Assembly: GCA_963783375.1 (NCBI GenBank)
Contig: CAWANH010000003.1
Span: forward strand, 64,001 to 128,000
Source: Candidatus Eiseniibacteriota bacterium
Lineage (GTDB): Bacteria > Eisenbacteria > RBG-16-71-46 > JABDJR01
DNA: 64,000 nucleotides
Direction of reading: 5' to 3'
Position numbers and translations under genes: made by a program. Position 1 is the first letter of the stretch. Every line of letters begins with the position of its first letter. Under the pieces are notes generated by a model. The model was not told where the DNA came from. It saw only the letters and a list, made by a program, of their open reading frames with translations, and did no database searches. This document shows, piece after piece, positions 8,678-17,486 of this stretch.

Positions 8678-9169
8678 TCATGGGCTCAACAGAAAAGACG
8701 CAAGTATCTGGGGCAGTGCCGCTGAGTCACACCTGGTATTCACCACGATGATCTGGTCCGCGTGAGAGATGAAAACGACCGAGGTAGCGCACCCGGTACC
8801 AGCCTTGGTGAAGTAAGTCGCCCGGATGGCATCGTGACCATCTACCCTGATCTGTTCGACACCAATCTCTTCCGGAGCGTGCGTCCAGACCCAACGATAG
8901 GCGTATTCCCGAAGCTCCAAGCTGTCGGGATTCACAAAAACACCCACAGTCATGAACGGAACTGCCGTGCCCTCTACTTCGACTTCAAAGAGCCTCTGGT
9001 TAGGGTGATCAGGGCCCCTTTCCTCAATCTGTGCGCCGGGAATGCCTGGGTACTCAAAGGAGAAACCGAAGTCCTCGTTTGAGTATCTGTGATCATTCAC
9101 GGTCTCCGCTTCAGCCAGGCTGCCAGACCCTACGAGGATCGAGAGCATGAGGGCAAGAATAGCGCTCAT
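8678..9169 (-). CDS. Secreted hypothetical protein (PsbP/DcrB-like), integron gene cassette ORF
   Basis: Signal peptide; YSNEDFGFSFEYP, IRVDGHDA, QILASF pattern; low GC; lies between a GTTAGCTGG core site and the attC. Confidence 0.65.
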   Translation of the reverse strand: MSAILALMLSILVGSGSLAEAETVNDHRYSNEDFGFSFEYPGIPGAQIEERGPDHPNQRLFEVEVEGTAVPFMTVGVFVNPDSLELREYAYRWVWTHAPEEIGVEQIRVDGHDAIRATYFTKAGTGCATSVVFISHADQIIVVNTRCDSAALPQILASFLLSP

Positions 9170-9183
9170 CTGCGTCTCCTGTT

Positions 9184-9420
9184 CCAGCTAACCTGAATTA
9201 TGCGGCTCGGATATTCGCCGTAGCATAGCGCTTTATGGTAGCTCGACGAAAGGGTTGATCTGCTCGTCCAGCCGACTCCGAGGTCGGTCGGGCCTCGCGA
9301 GGACAGCGGTTCGGAATTGCCCGTCGACGGGAGATCGCATAGCAGGATACAGACGGTGGGCCCGTCGAACGCCCGCCGATTGGACGGGAGAAATCGCGGG
9401 ATACGCTGCATATGCAGTCG
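9184..9420 (-). mobile_element. Putative integron attI region (no intI gene found)
   Basis: Minus strand ...GCCGCATAATTCAG-GTTAGCTGG core at 9192-9184, preceded by repeated TATGC/TATCC-like boxes. The core is the exact complement of the cassette attC R'' end. Confidence 0.5.
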
Positions 9421-9483
9421 AAGGTGTGCGCGGGTACTTGGGGGATCTCAAGTCAGCAATCCCCGCGGAAAGGCCTGAACCCA

Positions 9484-9505
9484 CGGTGTACCCGGGTACT
9501 CGGGT
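9484..9505. repeat. Solo copy of the HNH-associated palindromic repeat
   Basis: CGGTGTACCCGGGTACTCGGGT, identical to 14116-14137. Confidence 0.85.
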
Positions 9506-9699
9506 AAACCCGAGCCGGCGAAATCGGGCCGGCCGTAGCGGACTCCCCCACGCACGGGAAATGCCGGGCGAATCCCGGGGCAACCACCCGCCGACAGAGA
9601 CGCCCTACCTGCGAATCACGACAATCGAACCGCAGGCCGCCCGGGCAAGCGCTGCCATCCGCGAGCCACGGTGGCCGAGCCCCGCGGCCCCTCTCCGGA

Positions 9700-9996
9700 T
9701 CAGGCGCTCTGCGCCCGGAACCGACTTGGGAACTCCGGCCCGAAGGTGACCTCCGGGTGGAGCTGCTTGGCCCGGGCCAGGAGGGCGTCCTCGGTCTCGG
9801 GGCGGGCGGGATCGGGCAGGCAGCATTCCACCGGGCAGGTGAGCTGGCACTGCTCGACCTCGTGGAAGCCCACGCACTCGGTGCACTTCTCCTGGTCGAT
9901 CTCGTAGATCTCGGGGCCGGGGGCGATCGCTTCGTTGGGGCAGGCGGGCTCGCAGGCTCCGCAGGAAATGCACTCTTCGGTGATGTGGGTCGCCAC
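9700..9996 (-). CDS. YfhL-family 2x[4Fe-4S] ferredoxin
   Basis: CISCGACEPACP and CTECVGFHEVEQCQLTCPVECC; GTG start after GGGAGG. Confidence 0.92.
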   Translation of the reverse strand: MATHITEECISCGACEPACPNEAIAPGPEIYEIDQEKCTECVGFHEVEQCQLTCPVECCLPDPARPETEDALLARAKQLHPEVTFGPEFPSRFRAQSA

Positions 9997-10133
9997 GTCG
10001 TCATCCTCCCGGAAACTCGGTCGTTCCAATCCGTGTGCGGGAGCCGGTCCCGGGGGACCGGCCGCACCCTGCCAAGGCGGGGCGAAGTATACCGCGGCGA
10101 CGGCCGCCATCAAAGCGCGGACCGCTCTCCCGG

Positions 10134-10811
10134 CTACTTCCCCCCCGCCCTCGACACGAACCGCACCATGTCACGCTTCAGGCCGTCGTTCACCGGGTCG
10201 GCGCCGAACCAGATCGCCCAGAGGGCGTTGGCCAGCGCCTCGTCGTTGATGGGCGGCACCGGCCGCCCGGCGATCCGGGTGTAGAGCCCCATCCCCGGCA
10301 TCCAGGTGAGGGCGATGGTCTGACCGTCCTTCACCCCGTCGCCGGTGAAGCCGCCCAGGAACGTCTCCACGTCGGCCTTCAGGGCGTCGGTCATGTCCTT
10401 GTCGGAAATCGTCTTCTTGAAGCCGTCCTCGAAGGCGCCGCGGATCTTTCCCCCGTCCACGTCGTGGACGAAGTACATCTCGATCCGCTTGGGGAAGTTG
10501 CCGTCGATCAGGGTCTGGTAGGGGTCGCTCCCGAAGTCGGTCCCGGCCTCGGCGTAGGCCACCCCCTCATAGACCTTGATGATCAGCTTCTTCCGCATCC
10601 CCGAGCCCACCGCATCGAGCCGGTAGGACTCCCCCCGGGCCTTGATCTCGATCGTGGACGGGAAGGTGTGGTCGGTTCCCTCTCCCGCGAAGGTGGCGTC
10701 ACCGGACGCGGTGACGTTCAGGAGCTGGGGGGCGGGGGCCGCCCCTTCCTGGGCCAGCGCCGCGGAGGAGACGGCGAGGGCGGCGAGAGTCGCACACACA
10801 TGCTTGATCAT
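10134..10811 (-). CDS. Secreted chalcone-isomerase-like protein
   Basis: Signal peptide; GMRKKLIIKVY, IRGAFEDGF, LANALWAIWFGADPVNDGLK. Confidence 0.8.
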   Translation of the reverse strand: MIKHVCATLAALAVSSAALAQEGAAPAPQLLNVTASGDATFAGEGTDHTFPSTIEIKARGESYRLDAVGSGMRKKLIIKVYEGVAYAEAGTDFGSDPYQTLIDGNFPKRIEMYFVHDVDGGKIRGAFEDGFKKTISDKDMTDALKADVETFLGGFTGDGVKDGQTIALTWMPGMGLYTRIAGRPVPPINDEALANALWAIWFGADPVNDGLKRDMVRFVSRAGGK

Positions 10812-11000
10812 GGCGGTACCTCCCGGGCATGGACCGGCGGGGAAGCCGCCGGTCGGGTCAGGTTGGGCTCTCCCGTTCCTCTGACGCTATAGGTACCGGC
10901 CGGGATGGGCAAGGCCGCTTTCGCCGCCCAATCCCCATCGGCGGGCGGCCCTCCGGCCTCGGCGGTCGCCGGCAGGGTCCGCCCAGAGCCGCGCCGGACC

Positions 11001-13151
11001 TCAGGCCGGTCGCACCAGGACCCGCGCGTCCACCGCCACGCAACCCCGGCCCGCGGGCAGCACCTTGACCGGGTTCAGGTCCATCTCCGCGATCTCGGGA
11101 TGGTCCCCCACCAGGGCCGAGACCCGGAGCAGCACCTCTTCCAGGGCGTCCAGGTCGGCGGGCGGCGCTCCGCGGTAACCGGTCAGGAGCGGATACCCCT
11201 TCACCGACCGGACCATCTCGTGGGCGTCGAGATCGGTCAGCGGATGGAGACGGAACGCGGCGTCCTTCATCAGCTCCACCTGGACGCCCCCCAGGCCGAA
11301 CGCCACCAGGGGTCCGAACTTGGGGTCCTGGGTGACGCCGACGATGACCTCCACCCCTTCCTTCACCAGGGGCTGGACGGTGAACCCGCGGAGCTTTCCG
11401 CCGAGGCCCCGGCCCTCCAGCGCCTCCAGGATCTCCGCCACCGCGCGCTTCACCTCGGACTCGGTGCGCAGGTCGAGCCGCACCCCCCCCACGTCGCTCT
11501 TGTGGGCGATGGTCTCGGAGTCGAGCTTCACCACCACCGGGAAGCCCAGCTCCCGGGCCGCCGCCGCCGCGGCCTCGGCATCCGCGACCACCCTCGCCTG
11601 GGGAACCTTGATGCCGTAGGCCCGCACCAGGCGTTCCACCTCCCCCGGCGCCAGCCAGCCGCCGTCCTTCCCCAGCCGCTCCCGGGCGGTGACCATCACC
11701 GCATCCGCGGTCCCGCGGTCGACGTCGTCGAAGCTCCGCTCCGTCCCCTCGGGACGGCGGAGCCACTCGCCATAGCGCATGGCGCGATGGAGCACGCGCA
11801 CCGCGCTCTCGGGGAAGGCGTACGAAGGAATGTGGCCGCGCTTCAGCGAATGGAGCCCCTCCGGCACGCCGTGCCGGCCCATGAAGCACGCCACCACCGG
11901 CTTCTCGGTGCCCTCCGCTCCGGCCACGATGGCCTGCCCCACCGCCTTGGACTCGGTGATGATCGGGGGCACGAAGAGCGCGAGCAGCGCGTCCACGTTG
12001 GGGTCGTCGAGAAGGATCCGCGAGGCCCGTTCGTAGTTCTCCGCGGTCGCCGAGGCGATCATGTCCACCGGGTTCTTGACGCTGGCCTCGGGGGGGAGGA
12101 ACTCGCGAAGCTTCCGGGTGGACTCGGGGGTGAGGTCGGGGATCTCCAGCCCCTTGGCCTCGCAGGCGTCGGTGGCCAGGATGCCCGGGCCGCCGGCGTT
12201 GGTGACGATCGCCACCCGCCGCCCCGCCGGCACCGGCTGGTGGGCGAGGAACGCGGCCATGTCGAACAGCTCCTCCACCGTGTCCACCCGGATCACCCCG
12301 GCCTGGGCCATGAGCGCGTCCACCGCAACGTCGGCCCCGGCCAGGGCCCCGGTGTGGCTCGAGGCCGCACGCATCCCGCGCTGGGTTCGCCCGCTCTTCA
12401 CCGCCACGATGGGCTTCCGCCGGGAGATGGCGCGGGCCAGCCGGGTGAACTTCCGCGGATTGCCGAAGGATTCCAGGTAGAGAAGGATGACCTTGGTGCG
12501 GGGGTCGGCGTCCCACCACTGGATGAGGTCGTTACCCGAGACGTCGGTCTTGTTCCCCATCGAGACGAACTCGCTCACCCCGATGTTGAACTCCCGGGTG
12601 TAGTCGAGGATGGCCACCCCGAGCGCCCCGCTCTGGCTGGCGATGGCCACCGTGCCCTCGGGGGGATAGGTGGGGGCGAAGGTGGCGTCCAGCCGCACGT
12701 CGGGGGCGGTGGAGAGCACGCCGAGACAGTTGGGACCCACCATGCGGATGCCGTGGCTCCGCACGAGTTCCTTCAGCCGGGCCTCCAGCGCCGCCCCGTC
12801 CGCGCCGGTCTCCTTGAAGCCGGCGGAGACCACCACGATCCCCCGGACCCCCTTCGCCGCGCACTCCTCGACCGCGGCCAGGACGGCGCCGGCCGGGATC
12901 ACGATCACCGCCAGGTCCACCGGATCGGGGATGGCGGAGATCGAGGGATAGGCCCGCACCGACTGGACCACCGCGGCCTTGGGGTTGACCGGGTAGACCG
13001 GGCCTTCGAGGCCGGTGGCGATGAGGTTCTTGAAGATCTCCCGGCCCAGGGAGCCCGGTTTGGTCGAGGCCCCGATCACCGCCACCGATTTCGGCCGGAG
13101 AAGTCCGGAGAGATCCGTCCCGCTGTCGTCCCGTCGCGTATCGTCGCTCAT
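11001..13151 (-). CDS. ADP-forming acyl/acetate-CoA ligase, fused alpha-beta
   Basis: PKSVAVIGAS, MVGPNCLG, SQSGALG, SMGNKTDV, AASSHTGALAG (phospho-His), TNAGGPG; ATP-grasp HKSDVGGV...EMDLNP; no GNAT domain. Confidence 0.92.
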   Translation of the reverse strand: MSDDTRRDDSGTDLSGLLRPKSVAVIGASTKPGSLGREIFKNLIATGLEGPVYPVNPKAAVVQSVRAYPSISAIPDPVDLAVIVIPAGAVLAAVEECAAKGVRGIVVVSAGFKETGADGAALEARLKELVRSHGIRMVGPNCLGVLSTAPDVRLDATFAPTYPPEGTVAIASQSGALGVAILDYTREFNIGVSEFVSMGNKTDVSGNDLIQWWDADPRTKVILLYLESFGNPRKFTRLARAISRRKPIVAVKSGRTQRGMRAASSHTGALAGADVAVDALMAQAGVIRVDTVEELFDMAAFLAHQPVPAGRRVAIVTNAGGPGILATDACEAKGLEIPDLTPESTRKLREFLPPEASVKNPVDMIASATAENYERASRILLDDPNVDALLALFVPPIITESKAVGQAIVAGAEGTEKPVVACFMGRHGVPEGLHSLKRGHIPSYAFPESAVRVLHRAMRYGEWLRRPEGTERSFDDVDRGTADAVMVTARERLGKDGGWLAPGEVERLVRAYGIKVPQARVVADAEAAAAAARELGFPVVVKLDSETIAHKSDVGGVRLDLRTESEVKRAVAEILEALEGRGLGGKLRGFTVQPLVKEGVEVIVGVTQDPKFGPLVAFGLGGVQVELMKDAAFRLHPLTDLDAHEMVRSVKGYPLLTGYRGAPPADLDALEEVLLRVSALVGDHPEIAEMDLNPVKVLPAGRGCVAVDARVLVRPA

Positions 13152-13182
13152 CGTCCCTTCCGTTCCTCCCCCGCGCGCGTGC

Positions 13183-13647
13183 TCATTCCGGGTTGCTTTC
13201 GTCTTCCCTGGGATGGATCACCAGGATCGGGCAGGGGGCCTTCCGCACCACCTTCTCGGTCACGCTTCCGATCAGCATGTGCTTGAGGCCGGTCCGGCCG
13301 TGGGTCCCCATCACGATCACGTCCGCCTTCTCCTCTTCGGCCAGATTCACGATACCGGCGTAGGGAGTGCCGTGGAGAACCTTCTGGACCACCTTCACCC
13401 CCGCCGGAACCTGGGCGGGCACGAAGCCGGCCAGCTCCCGGGTCGCCTCCTCGCTGAGGCGCTGGCCCAGTTCCGGAGGCGGGAGCGCCACCCCCACGTA
13501 CCCGTAGGTCAGGGGCGTGTCGTCCACCACGTGGCAGACGATCACCGTGCCTCCCTCGCCCACCATGTCGAACGCATAGGCCATGGCCACCCGCGACGGC
13601 TCGGAGAAATCGGTAGGAGCCAGGACCCGCTTGAATTCCTTGGGCAT
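13183..13647 (-). CDS. Universal stress protein
   Basis: RVLAPTDFSEPS...DVIVMGTHGRTGLKHMLIGSVTEKVVRKAPCPILVI. Confidence 0.95.
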   Translation of the reverse strand: MPKEFKRVLAPTDFSEPSRVAMAYAFDMVGEGGTVIVCHVVDDTPLTYGYVGVALPPPELGQRLSEEATRELAGFVPAQVPAGVKVVQKVLHGTPYAGIVNLAEEEKADVIVMGTHGRTGLKHMLIGSVTEKVVRKAPCPILVIHPREDESNPE

Positions 13648-13751
13648 CGCACACCTCCCTTGGTCGGCCGGCGTCGGTCCCGCGGGGCGTTGCTTCCAGC
13701 CCTGACGGAGGCCGACTCCGGCGATTTGCGGCCGGTTTGGGCGCGCCGCGA

Positions 13752-13956
13752 CGCTTCCGGTTGCTCCCTGACGCGCCCGGGGACCCTTCGCCTTCGGGCG
13801 TCACGCGGTTTCCTGAGGCGTCCCGCGACGCCTTGGCGCACCCGGGGACGCTCCGCCCTCGGGCGCTCGGTGGCGCTTCCGGTGCTCCTTGACCGTCCCG
13901 GGGGTCCTCCGCTTTCGGGCGCTCCGCGAATTCCCGGGCTGTCCCGCGACGCCTTG
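13752..13956. repeat. Degenerate direct repeat (two ~84-bp units, three ~25-bp subunits) in the USP leader
   Basis: 13752-13835 resembles 13874-13956; GTCCCGCGACGCCTTG is identical at 13820 and 13941; CCCGGGG...TCGGGCG at 13776, 13841 and 13897. Confidence 0.7.
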
Positions 13957-14109
13957 AAAACCCGTACGGGCAGATCCCCGACCACCCGTCCGACTCCGCC
14001 AATCCAGTATATGGCTCGCCCCGAAGCCTGCCGACCCTGAAATGGTTTATCGGTGCGCCGCCGGCCCCTGCCACCGCGCACCCACGGTCCCATCGGACAT
14101 CACGCCCCG

Positions 14110-14488
14110 GGGCGGCGGTGTACCCGGGTACTCGGGTGGCTGAAGGTCACGTTCGGTCGGGGGGGATATGACCGGAGGGAACCGCACTCCCTTCGGCCGG
14201 GCGGCGGTGTACCCGGGTACTCGGATGGCTGAAGGTCACGTTCGACCGGGCGGCATCGTACCCGGGCAGTCGGGGGACCGTTCGCAGCGTGCGACCTTGG
14301 GCCCGGTGCCCGTTCGTCTCGGCACCTGGCGTGGGCCTCGTTCACCGGTCGCCGGCCGGCGATCCGCCCGCTCCGCGCGGCGGTGTACCCGGGTACTCGG
14401 ATGGCTGAAGGTCACGTTCGGTCGGGGGGGATATGACCGGGGGGAACCGCACTCCCGTCGGTCGGGCGGCGGTGTACCCGGGTACTCG
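14110..14488. repeat. Left array of palindrome-cored repeats (89-bp unit) downstream of the HNH gene
   Basis: GTACCCGGGTAC at 14120, 14209, 14385 and 14474, plus a degenerate copy at 14258; 14112-14223 is nearly identical to 14377-14488. Confidence 0.9.
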
Positions 14489-15767
14489 AACCGGCCCTCG
14501 TGGGGAGCTTCCCCGGCACCGCTTGGAGCGCTTCCCGGCCCGCGTGCCCCGTCATCTCGTGGATCGCCCGGTGGCAGGCGGCGCAGAGGGTCACCAGGTT
14601 CCCGGGTGCGTTCGTTCCCCCGGCCGAGCGGGGCTTTCGATGGTGCACGGAGAGGAAACGACCACTCTCGCACCCGGCGACGCGGCAGCGATGGCCGTCC
14701 CGTTCCAGGATTTCCCGGTGCAGGGCCGGCGGGATCGCCGCCCGGTTCCTCTCCCCTGCGCGATGGATCCGCGCGTCGCAGAGGATTGCCGCCAGCTCGG
14801 CGGGATGGAGCGGTCTGGGGCCGCGTCCGGTCATGACCTCTCCCTGGTTGCACTGGGGGCAGAGTCGGACGGTCACCTGGTACGCGGACCGCGCGGGTAC
14901 CCGGGTAAACCGAGCGGGAGGATCCTCCACACCAGCGATCGTGGCAGGCCGGTTCTCATCTGCGGGGCGAGCCCCTACCCATGGCGCGTTCTGGCCGGAC
15001 CGTGGGACGGCGCTCCCCTCCGCACCCGCACCGACCGAAGACGCCTTCGCGTCCGACTCCGGGACGGCGGAAGCCTTCACTCGCACCCCCGACGTGCGTC
15101 CTTTCCCGGCCAGCGCGGCGAGCCCGGCCACGACCAGATCCTCCACCGGAGCCTTCCATCCCAGCTTCCGGAGCTTCTCCACCAGCGCTCCGTACTCCGC
15201 GTACTGGAGGGCAGGAAAGCGGAAGCGGACCTCCTCGGGGATCTCCCGGGCCAGCGCAGCCGCCTTCCCGTCCCCGCCCTCCGCGCCCCCGGCCGGCTCC
15301 GCACTCTCAGCCGCCCCCAGCGCCAAGCGCCCCTGATCGCGCGCGGCGCCTCGGCTCTCCTTGGCCCGTCCCCGCGCCGCGGCGATCTTCTGCTCCAGGG
15401 CGCGGCGACTTGAACGTTTTGCCTCGCTCACCCAGGCGCGTTCGGTCTCCGGCGTGGCCACCTTCACCACCTCGCGCGCCTTGGTCCACGGCATCTCCCC
15501 CGCGGCCAGCGATTCGTGGAGCGCGGGAAGCTGTTTCAGCGATTCGGCGAGACGGATGAACTGCACACACTTGCTCTTGGAGAAACCGTGACGTTCGGCG
15601 GTGTAGGCGAAAATGGAGGTGTAGCCGAGCTCGAGGTAGAGCTTTCGCCGGTAGATGTCGGCAAACCAGAGGACGAGGTTCCGCCGGACGGTTGCGGCCT
15701 CGTGGAGCGTGCGCGCGAAACAATCGTGGACCTGCCGCGCGGGCAGGTTGGGCTCGTAAACAGGCAT
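14412..15767 (-). CDS. HNH endonuclease with DUF222-like helical N-terminus and CxxC motif
   Basis: RDGHRCRVAGC...VHHRKPRSAGGTNAPGNLVTLCAACHRAIH; LYLELGYTSIFAY...LPALHESLAAGEMPWTKAREV; CPQC. Confidence 0.9.
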   Translation of the reverse strand: MPVYEPNLPARQVHDCFARTLHEAATVRRNLVLWFADIYRRKLYLELGYTSIFAYTAERHGFSKSKCVQFIRLAESLKQLPALHESLAAGEMPWTKAREVVKVATPETERAWVSEAKRSSRRALEQKIAAARGRAKESRGAARDQGRLALGAAESAEPAGGAEGGDGKAAALAREIPEEVRFRFPALQYAEYGALVEKLRKLGWKAPVEDLVVAGLAALAGKGRTSGVRVKASAVPESDAKASSVGAGAEGSAVPRSGQNAPWVGARPADENRPATIAGVEDPPARFTRVPARSAYQVTVRLCPQCNQGEVMTGRGPRPLHPAELAAILCDARIHRAGERNRAAIPPALHREILERDGHRCRVAGCESGRFLSVHHRKPRSAGGTNAPGNLVTLCAACHRAIHEMTGHAGREALQAVPGKLPTRAGSSTRVHRRPTDGSAVPPGHIPPDRT

Positions 15768-15816
15768 TGTGCGTCCTTCCCGGAATATGGGTTGGACGGG
15801 GAAAGTCGACACCAGA

Positions 15817-15845
15817 AGTATGCCTGGTGCTCTTAGATATGTCAA
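15817..15845 (-). promoter_or_regulatory. Near-consensus sigma70 promoter of the HNH gene with AT-rich upstream tract
   Basis: Minus strand TTGACA-N17-CATACT, preceded by AAAAAATTGATTTTCGATCTTTTAA, unusual in this GC-rich DNA. Confidence 0.75.
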
Positions 15846-15891
15846 CATTAAAAGATCGAAAATCAATTTTTTACCACGCCCCGGCCGCACG

Positions 15892-16091
15892 AAGCGGCAG
15901 GTCACGTCACGAGCGATGACGCCCAGGGTCGCCCCGCGTCGGCCGACCCACCACCCGAGTGCCCGGGTACTCCGCTAAGAACAATTCGTCATCGCGCCGC
16001 CGCCTCACAAAGCCGCACGTCACGTCACGAGCGACGACGCCCGGGGTCGCCCCGCGTCGGCCGACCCACCACCCGAGTACCCGGGTACACC
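15892..16091. repeat. Right array: two ~79-bp direct repeats ending in the inverted palindrome-cored repeat
   Basis: 15892-15970 resembles 16010-16088; 16069-16091 CCACCCGAGTACCCGGGTACACC is the exact reverse complement of 14117-14139. Confidence 0.9.
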
Positions 16092-16239
16092 ACGGGCCGG
16101 CCGCATGCGCCGCCTCCGCGACCGCATCGCCGGCGCCGGCACCGGCGCCGAGAGCGCCTCGGGCGGCTGGCCGCTTCCGCTCCCACAAGGCCTCGTTTGC
16201 GGTTGCCCGCCGCCCCGGGCTTCTGCACACTCTCCCCCC

Positions 16240-17358
16240 ATGACCGCGCGCCAATCCCCCGCCGACGCCATCCCCGTCCCCCGGCCTCCCGGCGTCTCCG
16301 GGCTTCGCCGGGCGCTCGCCGCCTGGTACCGGCGGCACCGGCGCGACCTTCCCTGGCGGGGGATCGACGATCCCTACGCGATCCTGGTCTCGGAGTTCAT
16401 GCTCCAGCAGACCCAGGTGGCCACCGTCCTTCCCTATTACGACTCGTTCCTCCGGCGTTTCCCCACCCTCGCATCGCTGGCCGAGGCCTCGGACCCGGAG
16501 GTGCGCGCGGCGTGGTCCGGGCTCGGCTACTACCGCCGGGCGCGAAACCTCCAGGCGGCGGCGCGGGTCCTGGTGCGCGACCATCGCGGCGCTCTCCCCG
16601 CGGACTTCGACGCCCTCCGCGCGCTCCCCGGGGTGGGCGAGTACACCGCGGCCGCGCTGGGGAGCATCGTGCACGGAATGGCCAAGGGGGTGGTGGACGG
16701 AAACGTGGCGCGGGTCCTGACCCGGCTCACCGCCCACGACGGCCTCGTCTCGCGCACCGCACCCGTCGCGCGCTCCAGGACCTGGCCGACCGGCTGGTGG
16801 ATCCGAAGGCGCCGGGGGACTGGAACCAGGCGATGATGGAGCTGGGGGCGCGGGTCTGCGCGCCCCGGTCGCCGGACTGCGGGTCGTGCCCCTGGTCCCC
16901 CGGTTGCCGCGCCCGGATCGCCGGAGACCCCGAACGCTACCCGCGAAAGGAAGCCTCGCCGAAACCGGTGGCGGTGGAGCGGGCGGTGGGCGTGCTCCGG
17001 AAGGGCGAACGCGTGCTCCTCGTCCGCCGGCGAGGACCCCAAGCTCCTGGACGGGACCTGGGAGTTTCCGGGGATCGACCTGGACCCGGCCGCCGATCCC
17101 CGCGCCGCCCTCGCCGCTCACCTGGACGGGAGCTTCGGCCGAAAGCTCAGGGTGGGCGCGGAGCTGGCCCAGGTGCGGCACTCGATCACTCACCGGCGCA
17201 TCATCGTCCGGGCCTTCGCGCTTCGCGTCGATCCCCTCCCGCGCTCCCGGAAAGACGAGCGGGCGTGGGTCGGAGCGGGGAGATCGCCGGCTACCCGGCC
17301 TCGTCCATGACGCTCAAGCTCATGAAGACAGCTCGGCCGGATCCTCCCCCCGAAGTGA
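16240..17358 (+). CDS. mutY: A/G-specific adenine glycosylase, split by about 3 frameshifts (end approximate)
   Basis: [54 protein letters not shown]; next frame [23 protein letters not shown]...C; next frame GTWEFPG and VRHSITH. Confidence 0.88.
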
Positions 17359-17486
17359 GCCGCGGCTCGGGACGCCCGCCCGCGCCGTCGACGCGCGATC
17401 GCCGGCCCGCGGTATCGGCGTGCCCCGTCAACTCGCCGGCCGACCCCGCGGCGCGCCCCCGATCACGGCACCGGTCAGAGCCCCAC

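Noticed and set aside
9233-9583. ORF upstream of attI as an intI remnant
   Set aside because: No tyrosine-recombinase motifs (HxxRH, LGH, YTHV) in the listed frames
13752-13956. Tandem glycine or c-di-AMP riboswitch
   Set aside because: Core conserved motifs (GGAGA/CUCUCAGG; GCUGAAUC) are absent; kept only as an unassigned repeat
14110-14488. Repeat cluster as a CRISPR array
   Set aside because: The intervening sequences are themselves duplicated, spacing is irregular, copies invert across the gene, and no cas genes are present
14412-15767. HNH protein as IscB, Cas9 or TnpB
   Set aside because: No PLMP N-terminus and no recognisable RuvC motifs; the HNH is C-terminal to a DUF222-like region
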